Below, piece by piece: positions 29,053 through 39,276 of a stretch of 64,000 nucleotides of DNA. The first letter of the stretch is position 1. Each line of letters opens with the position of its first letter. Below the pieces are notes generated by a model. The model was given only the letters and a program-made list of their open reading frames with translations, was not told the DNA's origin and did not search any database. This DNA comes from Candidatus Bathyarchaeia archaeon (lineage in GTDB: Archaea; Thermoproteota; Bathyarchaeia; 40CM-2-53-6): the NCBI GenBank assembly GCA_050013255.1, contig JBEKFP010000003.1:160001-224000 (forward strand), in the 5' to 3' direction. Position numbers and translations under genes: made by a program.

Positions 29053-31095
29053 TCAAGCAGCTGTTCGCTTCAAGTGGCCAGGTTTGGGCGAGTAAAGTAT
29101 TCCTTCCTTGACTAATTGATCGACCAGCCTTCTTGCGTCTTCGTCTGTTACGTCAACCTTCCGCGAAAGTGCCTGGTACAGCGTCGAGTCTTCGACGATT
29201 CCCAACTGCTTCTCCAAATCAGCGAAGGTGCTCAGGACCACCTGCATCTTATCTCTCAAGCTCTTTGGCTTGCCCGTCATTATGACATCAATGTCCATCT
29301 TCCCAGTAGTCGTGTCGATGCCCACATCCTGCAGTGATAGGGTCATCAGCCGAATTATACTGCGGGCGTCCTCAGCTTCAACACGGTCACGCAAAAAGCT
29401 CCTAGCCCTTGCTTCAGCCAACCTAACTAACGCTTCGAGCTGTCTAGGTGTTATGACAAGGGGTGATTCTGTTGAGCCCGACATTGAACGCATCTTAAGG
29501 TAATACTGCCTAATCTCATTTACAGCCTCTTCAGACAGGACTGGTTCGACGCGCTTGGCGTACGCAATATACTTGCGTAGGAGGTCCGGAAGGAGTGGTG
29601 GTTCCTCCGGAGTAGTCTTCAGCCTGTGAAGGGTTAGTATGTGTTCCGACATTCTTCTGTCCGAGTCGGGTTCTGGAACATCTTTCATAATGAAGAGTAG
29701 GTCGAAACGGGTCAGTAACGTTACGGGTAGGCTAATGTTATCCGTGATGTTCCGGTATGGGTCATATCTCCCCAAACTTGGGTTGGCAGCCGCGAGGACG
29801 GCGGCCCTGGCGTTCAGGGTTGCAACGATCCCTCCCTTGGCTACGCTGACCGTGTGCTGCTCAAGCACTTCGTGTATCGCCACTCGATCTTCTGGGCGCA
29901 TCTTGTCGATTTCGTCGATGCAAGCGACCCCTTTATCGGCCAGAACCAGGGCGCCAGCTTCTAGCACCATTCCTCCCGATTTTTCGCGGACTACCGCGGC
30001 GGTTAAGCCTGCGGCTGTTGTGCCGCGGCCGCTTGTGTATAGCCCTCGGGGTGCGATTCTTGCAACGTATTGTAGCAACTGACTTTTCGCCACTCCCGGG
30101 TCTCCCACGAGGAGAACGTTGATCTCGCTTCGTATCGATACACCATCAGGGAGTCGTTTGGGCACTCCCCCAAAGAGGAGGTACAGGACGGCCTCTTTGA
30201 TATCCCCGTAACCGTAAATGGAAGGGGCTAATGAGGCGATTAGCTTACGGTGGATGAACGGGTCTTTTGCCAGTTCCCTTATCAGCCTCTCATCCTCAGG
30301 CGTTATTTCTACAACCGCAACTTCCTTCCCCATGATGTCAACATAGTTAGCGTCGAGCAGAAGCTCGAATGTTCGGAGCCTCGCCTTTCGGCCAGCGAAC
30401 TCTTGCTGCGCCCGCGCAATACCTATTATTGATACGCGGTCGCCAGGGCGGGCGATGTCGACTAGGTCCTCCGAAAGTTTGATGTCAACTGCCCTCGGTA
30501 GCTGGCCGGGGGGAAGGTCTTCAGGCCTCTCCTGAATGCGGATTTCCTGAGAGTTCATGAAGGTCGACATTTTCTCCATGAATTCAAAAATCTTCGAGCG
30601 ACAATGGGCGCAGACTCCGGGCCCGCGCATCAATGTTCCTGCCTGTTCGACATAGCTCATGGCGTTGCACTTACGGCATTGGAAGGCTGCTTTGAGGAGC
30701 AAAGGTTTGACGGATGTTGATCGGACGATTATGCCATCGATCGATAGCAACCGGCCAATGTTTTCCGAGCCGATCTTACGTAGGGAATGTTTCTCCGGCA
30801 GTTTTCTAAAGCGAACACGAAGACGTTTTATGATCTCAGCGTATTCAGGGTCTTCGATCTTGAGTTGCGCCCAGGCGCTTCGGTCTAAGTATTCTAAGTA
30901 CTCGTCGGGTTTATCGAGAATGGAGCGGGCGAGGTCTGCATCGTGGGCTATGAGGTCTTCAAAATCAACAATGATTGATCTAAAGCCGGAGAGGGCTACG
31001 TGGCCTAGGCGCTTTCTGTATTTGTACTCCTCGTCAGCCATGAAAGTCCTGAGGAAGTCTTGGAAACGTTCCTCGGGGTTTTCGAGTGTGGTCAA
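29053..31095 (-). CDS. mcm: MCM replicative helicase
   Basis: Zn finger, GDPGVAKSQ, IDEIDKM, AAANP, TRFD, TPRQLE; no intein. Confidence 0.97.
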   Translation of the reverse strand: MTTLENPEERFQDFLRTFMADEEYKYRKRLGHVALSGFRSIIVDFEDLIAHDADLARSILDKPDEYLEYLDRSAWAQLKIEDPEYAEIIKRLRVRFRKLPEKHSLRKIGSENIGRLLSIDGIIVRSTSVKPLLLKAAFQCRKCNAMSYVEQAGTLMRGPGVCAHCRSKIFEFMEKMSTFMNSQEIRIQERPEDLPPGQLPRAVDIKLSEDLVDIARPGDRVSIIGIARAQQEFAGRKARLRTFELLLDANYVDIMGKEVAVVEITPEDERLIRELAKDPFIHRKLIASLAPSIYGYGDIKEAVLYLLFGGVPKRLPDGVSIRSEINVLLVGDPGVAKSQLLQYVARIAPRGLYTSGRGTTAAGLTAAVVREKSGGMVLEAGALVLADKGVACIDEIDKMRPEDRVAIHEVLEQHTVSVAKGGIVATLNARAAVLAAANPSLGRYDPYRNITDNISLPVTLLTRFDLLFIMKDVPEPDSDRRMSEHILTLHRLKTTPEEPPLLPDLLRKYIAYAKRVEPVLSEEAVNEIRQYYLKMRSMSGSTESPLVITPRQLEALVRLAEARARSFLRDRVEAEDARSIIRLMTLSLQDVGIDTTTGKMDIDVIMTGKPKSLRDKMQVVLSTFADLEKQLGIVEDSTLYQALSRKVDVTDEDARRLVDQLVKEGILYSPKPGHLKRTAA

Positions 31096-31652
31096 GCCTT
31101 CAATTCCTGTCCAAGAAGTTTAGATTTCCAATTCTCAATGGTTTTGTTCAGAGTAGAATAGAGAACCCGTTCTTCGTACGTCAAACCCTGAATGACTTCC
31201 TCTGAGGGTGTCGGGGAGGCCGCAATGGAAACTATCTTTCGAAGCCTGCAATTGACGATGTCGCGTACCAAGCTTTCACTTCTTTCAAGTTCCCGAAGCT
31301 TTACTTGGTCTTGTTTGCTCGTCTGATGGAGTTCAGCTAAGTGCCGCCTGAGTAGGCAGTAGAAGTTTGCCTGCAGTGCTGGCAATTGCCTTGACGCTGG
31401 AATGGTCTCCCTCCAGTGAATTTTCGACAACGAATTATAGGTGAGAACATCCTCCTCTCTGAATCTTGCGTATCCTAATTGGACGAGTTCCTTCGCGGTC
31501 CAATATGGAACTACAACTTCTTGCCCAACTTTCGCGGAGGACAGTTTCGCCATCCTGGGTGTTTCGGGCAACTCCCGGGTCACAACTACCCGGAACTGAG
31601 AGTTTTCAAAATCAAAGTCAACGTCGTCGACTGACATCAAGGCTTCTGCCAA
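31092..31652 (-). CDS. gins: GINS subunit (Gins23-type)
   Basis: VPYW.A..L, RLRKI, LTYEE; directly upstream of mcm. Confidence 0.85.
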   Translation of the reverse strand: MAEALMSVDDVDFDFENSQFRVVVTRELPETPRMAKLSSAKVGQEVVVPYWTAKELVQLGYARFREEDVLTYNSLSKIHWRETIPASRQLPALQANFYCLLRRHLAELHQTSKQDQVKLRELERSESLVRDIVNCRLRKIVSIAASPTPSEEVIQGLTYEERVLYSTLNKTIENWKSKLLGQELKA

Positions 31653-31875
31653 GAATGAACCACCAAACCAATAACCCGCCCTTTTCCAAGTTAAATGCTT
31701 AACTCGAATTCTTTTTGCTATTCAGTCGAGATTTCCATTGGAGCGACAAACGCGATGGGAGAGGAGGCTGAAAGTGTAATGGACGTTTTCACATGCAGCC
31801 TAAGCACGCCTTCCGGAGTGGGCCAAGGCTTTTGAAGGTGGGTTGTAAACTTTAGTTGCACTGGAAATCGAACGT

Positions 31876-32880
31876 GTGATTGAACGCGGTGGAGAAACAT
31901 TGAGCCAAGGGGATGTCATGTGGATCGAAAAGTATAGACCCAAGTCTCTCGACGAGGTCTTCAACCAAAAGGAAACGGTAGAAGGAATCAGAGCGTTACT
32001 GAAAACGCCTGCAACGATGCCCCATTTTCTTCTTGCGGGCCCCCCAGGAACTGGAAAAAGCACGGTTGCTCTTTGTGTGGCCCGGCAATTGATGGGTGAA
32101 AGTTTTCGCAGCCTAGTCTTGGAGTTGAATGCCTCAGATGAGCGCGGAATCGGTGTTGTTCGCGAGCGGATCAAAGGGTTCTCTCAGATAATTCAGTCCA
32201 CCCCGTCAGGGGTTCAATTCGGCCTTGTCATCCTTGACGAATGCGATGAGATGACCCGGGACGCCCAAACTGCGCTTAGGAGAATCATGGAGACGTCGTC
32301 CAGAACCTGCCGCTTCATACTCATCTGTAACTATCAGAGTGGCATCATAGAGCCTATCCAAAGCCGATGTTCTGTCTTCCGGTTTAGGCGATTGGAGAAA
32401 GCGGAAGCTGTCGAATATCTAACGAAGGTCTGCAAATCTGAAGGAGTAGACGCAGATTCAAGGGCTGTTGAACGCATTTTCGAAATCTCGGAGGGTGACC
32501 TCCGAAGAGCGGTTAACTACCTTCAAGTCGCTGCGACGAGCACGAGGGGCGGAAAACTGGACTTAAAGGCACTCGACAAGACGGTGCCGGAGGCCCAGAG
32601 CGAGCTTATCAGTGAAATGTTAAAGCTCGCCCTCCAAGGCGAATTCATGAAGTCACGAGACGTGATGTATGAGCTAATGGGTAAACACGGCGTCAGCGGA
32701 AGAGAAATCATCCGTGGAGCGAACCGGGAGGTCAGCCGCATACCAGAAACTACGGCCGATAAGCAGGCTGAGATTGTGCGTGCCCTCGGTGAATGTGATT
32801 TTAGGTTGACGCAGGGTGCGAATGAGGATATTCAACTCAGCGCCATGTTGGCCCAGTTGAGCCTGATTGGAAGAAAGTAG
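31876..32880 (+). CDS. rfcS: Replication factor C small subunit
   Basis: WIEKYRP, GPPGTGKS, ELNASDERGI, SRC; start may be ATG 31918. Confidence 0.95.
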   Translation: MIERGGETLSQGDVMWIEKYRPKSLDEVFNQKETVEGIRALLKTPATMPHFLLAGPPGTGKSTVALCVARQLMGESFRSLVLELNASDERGIGVVRERIKGFSQIIQSTPSGVQFGLVILDECDEMTRDAQTALRRIMETSSRTCRFILICNYQSGIIEPIQSRCSVFRFRRLEKAEAVEYLTKVCKSEGVDADSRAVERIFEISEGDLRRAVNYLQVAATSTRGGKLDLKALDKTVPEAQSELISEMLKLALQGEFMKSRDVMYELMGKHGVSGREIIRGANREVSRIPETTADKQAEIVRALGECDFRLTQGANEDIQLSAMLAQLSLIGRK

Positions 32881-34675
32881 CGTGCAAGCGCTTCAAAGTG
32901 TCGCTTGGACAGAGAAGTACCGCCCCCTGTCCACAGCTGCACTTCTGGGCAACGAGGAATCGGTTGAGGTATTCAAGGCCTGGATGAAGCAATGGACCTT
33001 GAAGAAAAAACCCACGAAGGCATGCCTCCTAGTCGGGCCGCCTGGTGTAGGAAAAACAACGCTCGCCAGAGCCGCCGGGAACGATTTCCAGTTCCGAGTC
33101 CTCGAAATGAATGCAAGCGACATCCGGACTGAGAAAGCCATCAAAAACTTCCTCGCTCCCGCAAGATCATCTGTAACGCTCGACAGCTTCACCGCCGACA
33201 GTCGAGGAAATATGATTCTCATGGACGAGGTGGATGGTGTTTTTGGGCGGGAAGACCGCGGAGGGTTGGGAGCGATTCTTTCAGTAATCAAACAGTCGCC
33301 CGTGCCAATTGTCCTGACGGCTAACAATGTCGACGACGAAAAGTTTGACGACCTCAAGAAAGCCTGCATTGTCGTCCCGCTTGTTGAAATTCGCCCTCGG
33401 CTACTGCTGCTGCTAATCAACCATATACTGGCCGAAGAGGGACGCTCAGTTCCTGAAAAGGCAAGGAGACGAATTGCCAGCGAAAGTCAAGGGGACATAA
33501 GATCCGCGATCAATGACATTCAAACCATCGCAACCAGCGGCGCCTTTAACTTGCGCCAGGAACGAACGAGGGAGCTAGATGAAAAAGGCACGTTAAGGGG
33601 GCTATTTGCTTCTCGAGGAGTAAGCGAAGCCAGACGCGCCCTCAACGAGACTGAGATTCCACTTTACCGCGACGAACTGCTCCTGCTGATTCACGACCTA
33701 CTACCGTACCTGTACACTACGCCCATCAAATTGGCGAAAGCCTACGACAGCCTCTCCCGCGCTGACATTGGATATGGCAGGGTTGGTGCGAGCCGTTCCC
33801 GTGGCATGATGCCGCCTCCATTCAACCAGCCGCGCAGGGACGCGGTCCCAGAATGGAACCTTCTGCCCGTCGCACTGAACGAATTGGCCTCGGTGGGAAC
33901 GGAACCAGTGGATAACGACACAGAGCATGCGATGGATGTAGCCCCACTGCTCTCGAGGAAAATTGTTGATCGTTACCAGTACCGACTCTGGGCGTTGGAC
34001 CACCTGTCCGGCAGAATAGCCAGGGCGTGCCACATGTCGAAACGCAAGGCGTTGCATGAAGTTGTTCCGTTCCTAGTTGCAATTTTCAGGTCTGATGGAG
34101 AGCGGGGTCGAGAAATTGCTCTGAGCTTGGAAGCAGAGGAGCGGGACATAGACTTCCTGGTTTCAGAATCTAAGACGCAAGCTGCTGTGAAGGGCCCTGG
34201 GGAGGTTCTAGATCCGACGGGCTTCAAGTTGCCGTACATGGGCAAGGACAAGTTCATCCAACTCATGCGAGCTGGCATCAGCTACGATAGGAGCGGCGGC
34301 AAGTTCGCTGTGCGTCGCCTCGACAACCTTGATACGGTTGAAGAAAGGGTGTCGGACATAATGGCGAGGCCTATCAAATTCCAGCGCCCTGAGCAAGCTG
34401 CAACAGAAGTTGAGGGCAAGGCCGTCAAGGAATGCTTTGTGGACGATCAGAAAATCACCTGCGACGAATGTGATTTCGTTGAGAATTGCCCAACACACAT
34501 AATCCCGTCCCTGAAGTTCTGTATCTGCGATCAAACGCTTTCGGACCCGACAGGTTATGAGAAGTACGTGGCAAAGAACGACATGGCTGCGAAACCGGTT
34601 AAAGCAGTTAAGCCGGTTAAGGCGGCCAAGACGGCAAAGGTGGCGAAGCGGGTTGTGGCCCGCAAAAAGGGTTAA
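32867..34675 (+). CDS. rfcL: Replication factor C large subunit with Cys-rich and Lys-rich C-terminal extension
   Basis: WTEKYRP, GPPGVGKT, EMNASD, DEVDG, GDIRSAIND. Confidence 0.92.
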   Translation: MEESSVQALQSVAWTEKYRPLSTAALLGNEESVEVFKAWMKQWTLKKKPTKACLLVGPPGVGKTTLARAAGNDFQFRVLEMNASDIRTEKAIKNFLAPARSSVTLDSFTADSRGNMILMDEVDGVFGREDRGGLGAILSVIKQSPVPIVLTANNVDDEKFDDLKKACIVVPLVEIRPRLLLLLINHILAEEGRSVPEKARRRIASESQGDIRSAINDIQTIATSGAFNLRQERTRELDEKGTLRGLFASRGVSEARRALNETEIPLYRDELLLLIHDLLPYLYTTPIKLAKAYDSLSRADIGYGRVGASRSRGMMPPPFNQPRRDAVPEWNLLPVALNELASVGTEPVDNDTEHAMDVAPLLSRKIVDRYQYRLWALDHLSGRIARACHMSKRKALHEVVPFLVAIFRSDGERGREIALSLEAEERDIDFLVSESKTQAAVKGPGEVLDPTGFKLPYMGKDKFIQLMRAGISYDRSGGKFAVRRLDNLDTVEERVSDIMARPIKFQRPEQAATEVEGKAVKECFVDDQKITCDECDFVENCPTHIIPSLKFCICDQTLSDPTGYEKYVAKNDMAAKPVKAVKPVKAAKTAKVAKRVVARKKG

Positions 34676-34701
34676 CCTTGGAATGTTGATGGAAAATCCT
34701 G

Positions 34702-35235
34702 CTAATGTTCGTGAGCTATACTGATGATGTGCCCTAGTTCTGGAAGTATCAGTTTCTCCATGGCTGTTTGAACGGCATCCGGTGATCCTGGAAGGCAGAA
34801 GATCGCTTTTCCTTTGCTCGTCCCCGCGAATGCGCGGCTGAGAATAGCTGAAGAGCCGATACTTTCAAAGCTGATTTTCCTGAAGAGTTCTCCAAAACCG
34901 GGGATTATTCTGTCAACGAGCGGGGCGATGCTCTCTGGAGTCACGTCCCTCGGGGAGAGGCCCGTCCCACCAGTAATGATTACCGCGTCAACCTTGCTGG
35001 CTCGCAGGGCCTGTTTTGTTGCTTTGGTTATCATGGGTTTGGAGTCGGAGATCAGCTTGCGCCCTTCAATTCTGTTGCCTGCCCCCACTGCAAGACGCTG
35101 AATAATATCTCCAGAGGCATCATCGGGCTCTTGACCTGCCTTGAGTTGATTGAACTTTGACGTGCTGCAGGTTATGATGTAGATTGCGACCGACCTTGGC
35201 GCCGACGCCTTGTGGAGTTCCGGAACTTTGGCCAT
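34702..35235 (-). CDS. moaB: Molybdenum cofactor biosynthesis protein MoaB/MogA
   Basis: DDASG, TGGTG.SPRDVTPE, PGFGE, LSRA, LPGSP. Confidence 0.9.
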   Translation of the reverse strand: MAKVPELHKASAPRSVAIYIITCSTSKFNQLKAGQEPDDASGDIIQRLAVGAGNRIEGRKLISDSKPMITKATKQALRASKVDAVIITGGTGLSPRDVTPESIAPLVDRIIPGFGELFRKISFESIGSSAILSRAFAGTSKGKAIFCLPGSPDAVQTAMEKLILPELGHIISIAHEH

Positions 35236-35679
35236 TTATCTTCGCTTAATTTTCTTTATCACTCTGATGTTCTCGATGGCAGTGTTTGGGTATTGGCCTT
35301 TCGCGTCCTTCTCGTACTGCTTTACCATATCCCAAACCGTAAGAAGGTAAGTTGCAGCAGCGGTTAGCGCCTCCATCTCAACCCCAGTCTTAGCCTGCCC
35401 CTTCACATATGATTCCACCTTCAACGCGTTTCCAACATAGGAGTGCTCGGTACGCACTGTTGTTATCGGAATCGAGTGGCAGAAAGGAAGCATCTGGGGC
35501 GTACTCTTCGCTGCCATGATTGCCGCCACCTCCGCCGCAGCAATGGCATCCCCCTTCCCAATCCTACCCGACCTAAGCCGCGCGATCGTGCCGGGCTTCA
35601 ACCTAATCTCGCCCACCGCCGTAGCTTCCCTCATAACCACTTCCTTTGGCGAGATGTCAACCATCGAAAAACGGCGCAT
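35236..35679 (-). CDS. moaC: Cyclic pyranopterin monophosphate synthase
   Basis: MVDIS.K, LPFCH, TGVEMEAL, WDMVK. Confidence 0.93.
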   Translation of the reverse strand: MRRFSMVDISPKEVVMREATAVGEIRLKPGTIARLRSGRIGKGDAIAAAEVAAIMAAKSTPQMLPFCHSIPITTVRTEHSYVGNALKVESYVKGQAKTGVEMEALTAAATYLLTVWDMVKQYEKDAKGQYPNTAIENIRVIKKIKRR

Positions 35680-35760
35680 TCACCATCAACCCTCTTGCCC
35701 CACGTTAACGCCGCGCTAGCAAATTAGCTATTATGCCCGGGGGGGATGGTACGAGCCGGT

Positions 35761-37011
35761 TTACTTTCGCTGTACGCGTTTCTTCCGACTTGTGGTTAGT
35801 GCGGCCTCTAGTTGTTCGCGCATAGTTGTGGCTGGTATGTTTTGTAGGCCGAGTAGGGTTGTTTTGCCGCGTACGCCTTCGCCTGATTTTGAGGCTGTTA
35901 TTACGCCAATGGCGCCTAGGCCGCGGGCGTACTTCCAGATCTGGGTATGCTTTCTGGGTTTGTCATCGTACTCTTCACAAACAGCCTTGTACTCGCGTTC
36001 AACAACGCCTATAGTAGCGTAGGCTTCCTGTGATTCCCCTAGAACCCTTGCTAAGGCTAGCAGCATGTATTTTTCGTGGGATGATAGGGCGGCGATGTAT
36101 TCGCCCCTGAGCATCGGGTAAACGCTTCCGGCAGCCTTCCGCACATGGTCGGTTAGAATGTGCTTTGCACTTTCAGAGTCAGCGTATTTTCCGGCGCGCC
36201 AGAGTAGTTCGATTGAGTACCTGGCGTCACCGCTCTGCCCTCCTATGTCGGCGACGAGTTGAAGCGCCTCGTCGGCCACAACGTTCTCTTTGAAAGCTAA
36301 ACCAACGCGGTCTTTGAGAATGTCAATTAGTTGGCGGGAATTGTACTTGTCGAGTTTAACGATATTCCGTTGCAGGGTGTCGATGGTGCTCTTGTCGAGT
36401 TTTTGCAGGTATTCAATCTCGCGGAGTATGAAGATGAGTGAGAGCCGTATCGGTTTGCCAACCCTTTCCTCTTGGATGCGGGTTAGGTTGTAGATGGGCG
36501 TGGATTCTTCCACTCTGATTAGGTGTTCAAGTTCGTCGAGTGCGAGTATGAGGTGTATGTTCTTGTCGTCGAGCATGTCCATGAGGGTGTGGAGAAGTTC
36601 CTCGGGCGCGAAACCCCGCTTCGGAAATTCAGGTTCGAACTGAGTTAGGACTCGTTTTAGAATCATGAAGAGGCTGCCTTTCGCTTCGCGGCAGTTCACG
36701 TGAACGTAGTGAAGGTTGACCTTGCGGTTTCTCGCAGCCTTAACAAGGTCTGTCCCGAAACGTTGGGCGAGTACCGTCTTGCCGGTTCCCACGTCGCCCG
36801 TGATCAGGACGCGTTGGCTTGTGGAGAAGGGGCTGTCGAGCGTGAAGCGGAAGAGTTGGGTGAGAAAACGCATTTGCTCGTCGCGGTGGGGAAGCTTACG
36901 GGGCATGTATTCCAATGAGAGGGGCGTTTCGTCTTTGAAGACTGTGGGCCTTTCCAAAGTCTCCTTAACAATATCTGAAGACAATTGAACGAGAGCCCCT
37001 ACTCTCGACAT
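35761..37011 (-). CDS. cdc6: Orc1/Cdc6 initiator family protein
   Basis: LPHRDEQ, GDVGTGKT, LALDE, GDAR, C-terminal winged helix. Confidence 0.93.
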   Translation of the reverse strand: MSRVGALVQLSSDIVKETLERPTVFKDETPLSLEYMPRKLPHRDEQMRFLTQLFRFTLDSPFSTSQRVLITGDVGTGKTVLAQRFGTDLVKAARNRKVNLHYVHVNCREAKGSLFMILKRVLTQFEPEFPKRGFAPEELLHTLMDMLDDKNIHLILALDELEHLIRVEESTPIYNLTRIQEERVGKPIRLSLIFILREIEYLQKLDKSTIDTLQRNIVKLDKYNSRQLIDILKDRVGLAFKENVVADEALQLVADIGGQSGDARYSIELLWRAGKYADSESAKHILTDHVRKAAGSVYPMLRGEYIAALSSHEKYMLLALARVLGESQEAYATIGVVEREYKAVCEEYDDKPRKHTQIWKYARGLGAIGVITASKSGEGVRGKTTLLGLQNIPATTMREQLEAALTTSRKKRVQRK

Positions 37012-37098
37012 GGCTTAACCTACCCCCATCTTATCTGCTTTTGTTCCCCAACACGATAAAAGCACGAGAGCCGGGTGAAACTGATTGACTACAATTCA

Positions 37099-38121
37099 TC
37101 ATTTCGTTCGGTACGATTCGATGACCCTATAGAGTTCATCCCGCTCGGACGCGCCAATCTCCCGCGCCTTCCCGTTCAGCGCAACCAGCTTCCGTCCCCG
37201 CCTGCGCTGTGTCATCATGCCTATGATGGAAGCCTGAATCCGATGCGCCCTCAAGCGACGTAAGATCAATGTGCTCTTTCGTTTATCGGCGGCTATGAGC
37301 AGACAACCCGAGCTCATCAGCCGCAACGGGTCCACCTTCAACGCGGAGCATATTTCCTTGGTTTCGGAACGAATTGTGATGCGTGACTCATGAATCTGGA
37401 AACCGGCGCCGGAGGCTTCAGCCAGTTCCCAGACTCCCTGGAGCAATCCGCCTTCGGTTGGGTCGTGCATGGCTTTGACTCCTCCTACTTGCACAGCGAG
37501 CAAAGCGTCATTCACGACGCTGATTAGGCTCCTTAGGCTTCTGGCACGCCTGAGTAGTTTTCCACCTATCTTCGGCCTTAGTTTGTGAGCGAAATCCGAG
37601 GCTAGGACAGCGGTTCCTTCGATGCCAACTGTCTTTGTCATGATAAGGTGATCTCCGGGCTGCGCACCGTCGGAAGTAACGAATCGCTTTCTTGGGACGA
37701 CGCCCATCATGTATCCAACTACGATGGGGCGCTTCAGCCCAGGGGTTACCTCGGTATGTCCTCCCACAACGGCAACGCCAACCTGCTTCGCAGCCTTATC
37801 GATCTGCTTCATGATTGCGTTTACCAATCTAACGTTCGACCTTTCAGGTAGGAGGAGGTCGCAGAGGAACCATCTTGGTTTCGCGGCCCTGCAGGCCACG
37901 TCATTGGCGTTTATGTGCACAGCGAGCCATCCGATATCAGACGCTGTACCTGTGACCGGATCCGTTGTTAGGACGAGTACATTCTTGCCCAGCGAAACTA
38001 GCGCGGCGTCCTCGCCTACGGAGGAGCCCATGATTACTGCCCGGTCTTTGATGCCCTTGTAGCGAAACACGCTACGGATTAGGACCTGGGTTGGGATTTT
38101 CCCAGTACGGAAAGGCGGCAT
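37099..38121 (-). CDS. AIR synthase-related (PurM/HypE-like) protein
   Basis: GEDAA, TDP, ANDVA, GGHTE, MHDPTEGGL. Confidence 0.85.
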   Translation of the reverse strand: MPPFRTGKIPTQVLIRSVFRYKGIKDRAVIMGSSVGEDAALVSLGKNVLVLTTDPVTGTASDIGWLAVHINANDVACRAAKPRWFLCDLLLPERSNVRLVNAIMKQIDKAAKQVGVAVVGGHTEVTPGLKRPIVVGYMMGVVPRKRFVTSDGAQPGDHLIMTKTVGIEGTAVLASDFAHKLRPKIGGKLLRRARSLRSLISVVNDALLAVQVGGVKAMHDPTEGGLLQGVWELAEASGAGFQIHESRITIRSETKEICSALKVDPLRLMSSGCLLIAADKRKSTLILRRLRAHRIQASIIGMMTQRRRGRKLVALNGKAREIGASERDELYRVIESYRTK

Positions 38122-38191
38122 TGCGCATCAGGCTCCAAACGTCGTGTCATGCTTTAAGTAATCACCTTGAATAAGTGTGCCCCGATGATAG

Positions 38192-38533
38192 TTGATTAAG
38201 TCGATAATTGATGTGGCCGTTGTTGTATCCGACGAAAGCAAGTCGGCTGAATGGTACAAAGAAAAACTCGGCCTGGAAATACGTGATAAGCAAGACCACT
38301 GGGTCACGGTGGCCCCAAAGGGATCCGACGTGGTCCTTCATCTATGCAAGACAACGCCGCTTGAGCAGGGCAACACAGGCATCGCTTTTCGTGCAGATGA
38401 CTTGGATAAGGCCTACAAGGAAATGAGCAGCAAAGGCGTCGAGTTCACCGTCAAGCCGACGAAGGAAGAATGGGGCTACTACGCAATGTTCAAGGATCCG
38501 GACGGAAACGAATTCTGGCTTTTTGCAGAGTAA
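38192..38533 (+). CDS. VOC/glyoxalase family protein
   Basis: WYKEKLG, TGIAF, FKDPDGNEF. Confidence 0.88.
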   Translation: MIKSIIDVAVVVSDESKSAEWYKEKLGLEIRDKQDHWVTVAPKGSDVVLHLCKTTPLEQGNTGIAFRADDLDKAYKEMSSKGVEFTVKPTKEEWGYYAMFKDPDGNEFWLFAE

Positions 38534-38820
38534 ACAGTACCAAGAAGAAACTACTCTAAAGACGTCTGCACGCTTCGAAATGGTTCATGGACTTCCGGGC
38601 GTTCGTCACATGAGTTGCTAGTGCGCGCACTGGTCCGGCAAGTAAGAGAAAGATCGCTCAGCCGCGGTTGCCGAAGTGCAAGATGGATTTCCCATATGCA
38701 TTTCCACATGATCCTCCATAGGCCTAGATTTCGATTTCTTAACCGGTAAAATTGAGGTGTATGAGTCAAGCCGTTTTTCGTCCTTATATGGCCCGCTCTA
38801 CCTGCATTGTCTAATCGTCG

Positions 38821-39276
38821 GTGGGTACTAGTTCTTTGGAGGAAAACCCTCTGCGCGAGCTTAGAAACCGCAACTCGGTTGGATTAGGTTCAACCTTAAC
38901 TTATGCCGGTGCAAGGACTATTGAAGCTTTGCTCGGTGATTGCATAGATCACGTTCTCTGCGAGGTCCTTGGCATCAAAGCCAAGGAAGCCATTTACGAT
39001 TACATGGAAAGAAATTACGCGGTCGCCAGAGAAGACATTCCTACGAATATGGGTAATTTCTTCACACTCACTGAGGAAGCCTTTGGGAGCGGGAGCAGGA
39101 CAATTGCCCGATGCATTGTGAAGCAGATGTGGCAGGAATTGGGATGGACCTTCACCGACATGCCTGGTCTTGAGTTCTGGGATTACTTGGAGATTGCCCG
39201 GGCTAGAATGGCGAGGGAAGTAGTCGGAATAACAAAGGTCAGCTTGACGACAAGTGGGAGTTTATCGAGTCAATAG
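38821..39276 (+). CDS. Hypothetical helical protein (DUF3227-like)
   Basis: ID..L.EVLG....AIY.Y.E......EDIP....F....E..FG pattern. Confidence 0.6.
   Translation: MGTSSLEENPLRELRNRNSVGLGSTLTYAGARTIEALLGDCIDHVLCEVLGIKAKEAIYDYMERNYAVAREDIPTNMGNFFTLTEEAFGSGSRTIARCIVKQMWQELGWTFTDMPGLEFWDYLEIARARMAREVVGITKVSLTTSGSLSSQ

Noticed and set aside
35680-37098. oriC directly flanking cdc6
   Set aside because: Flanks are under 100 bp; a G-run at 35738-35745 but no ORB core
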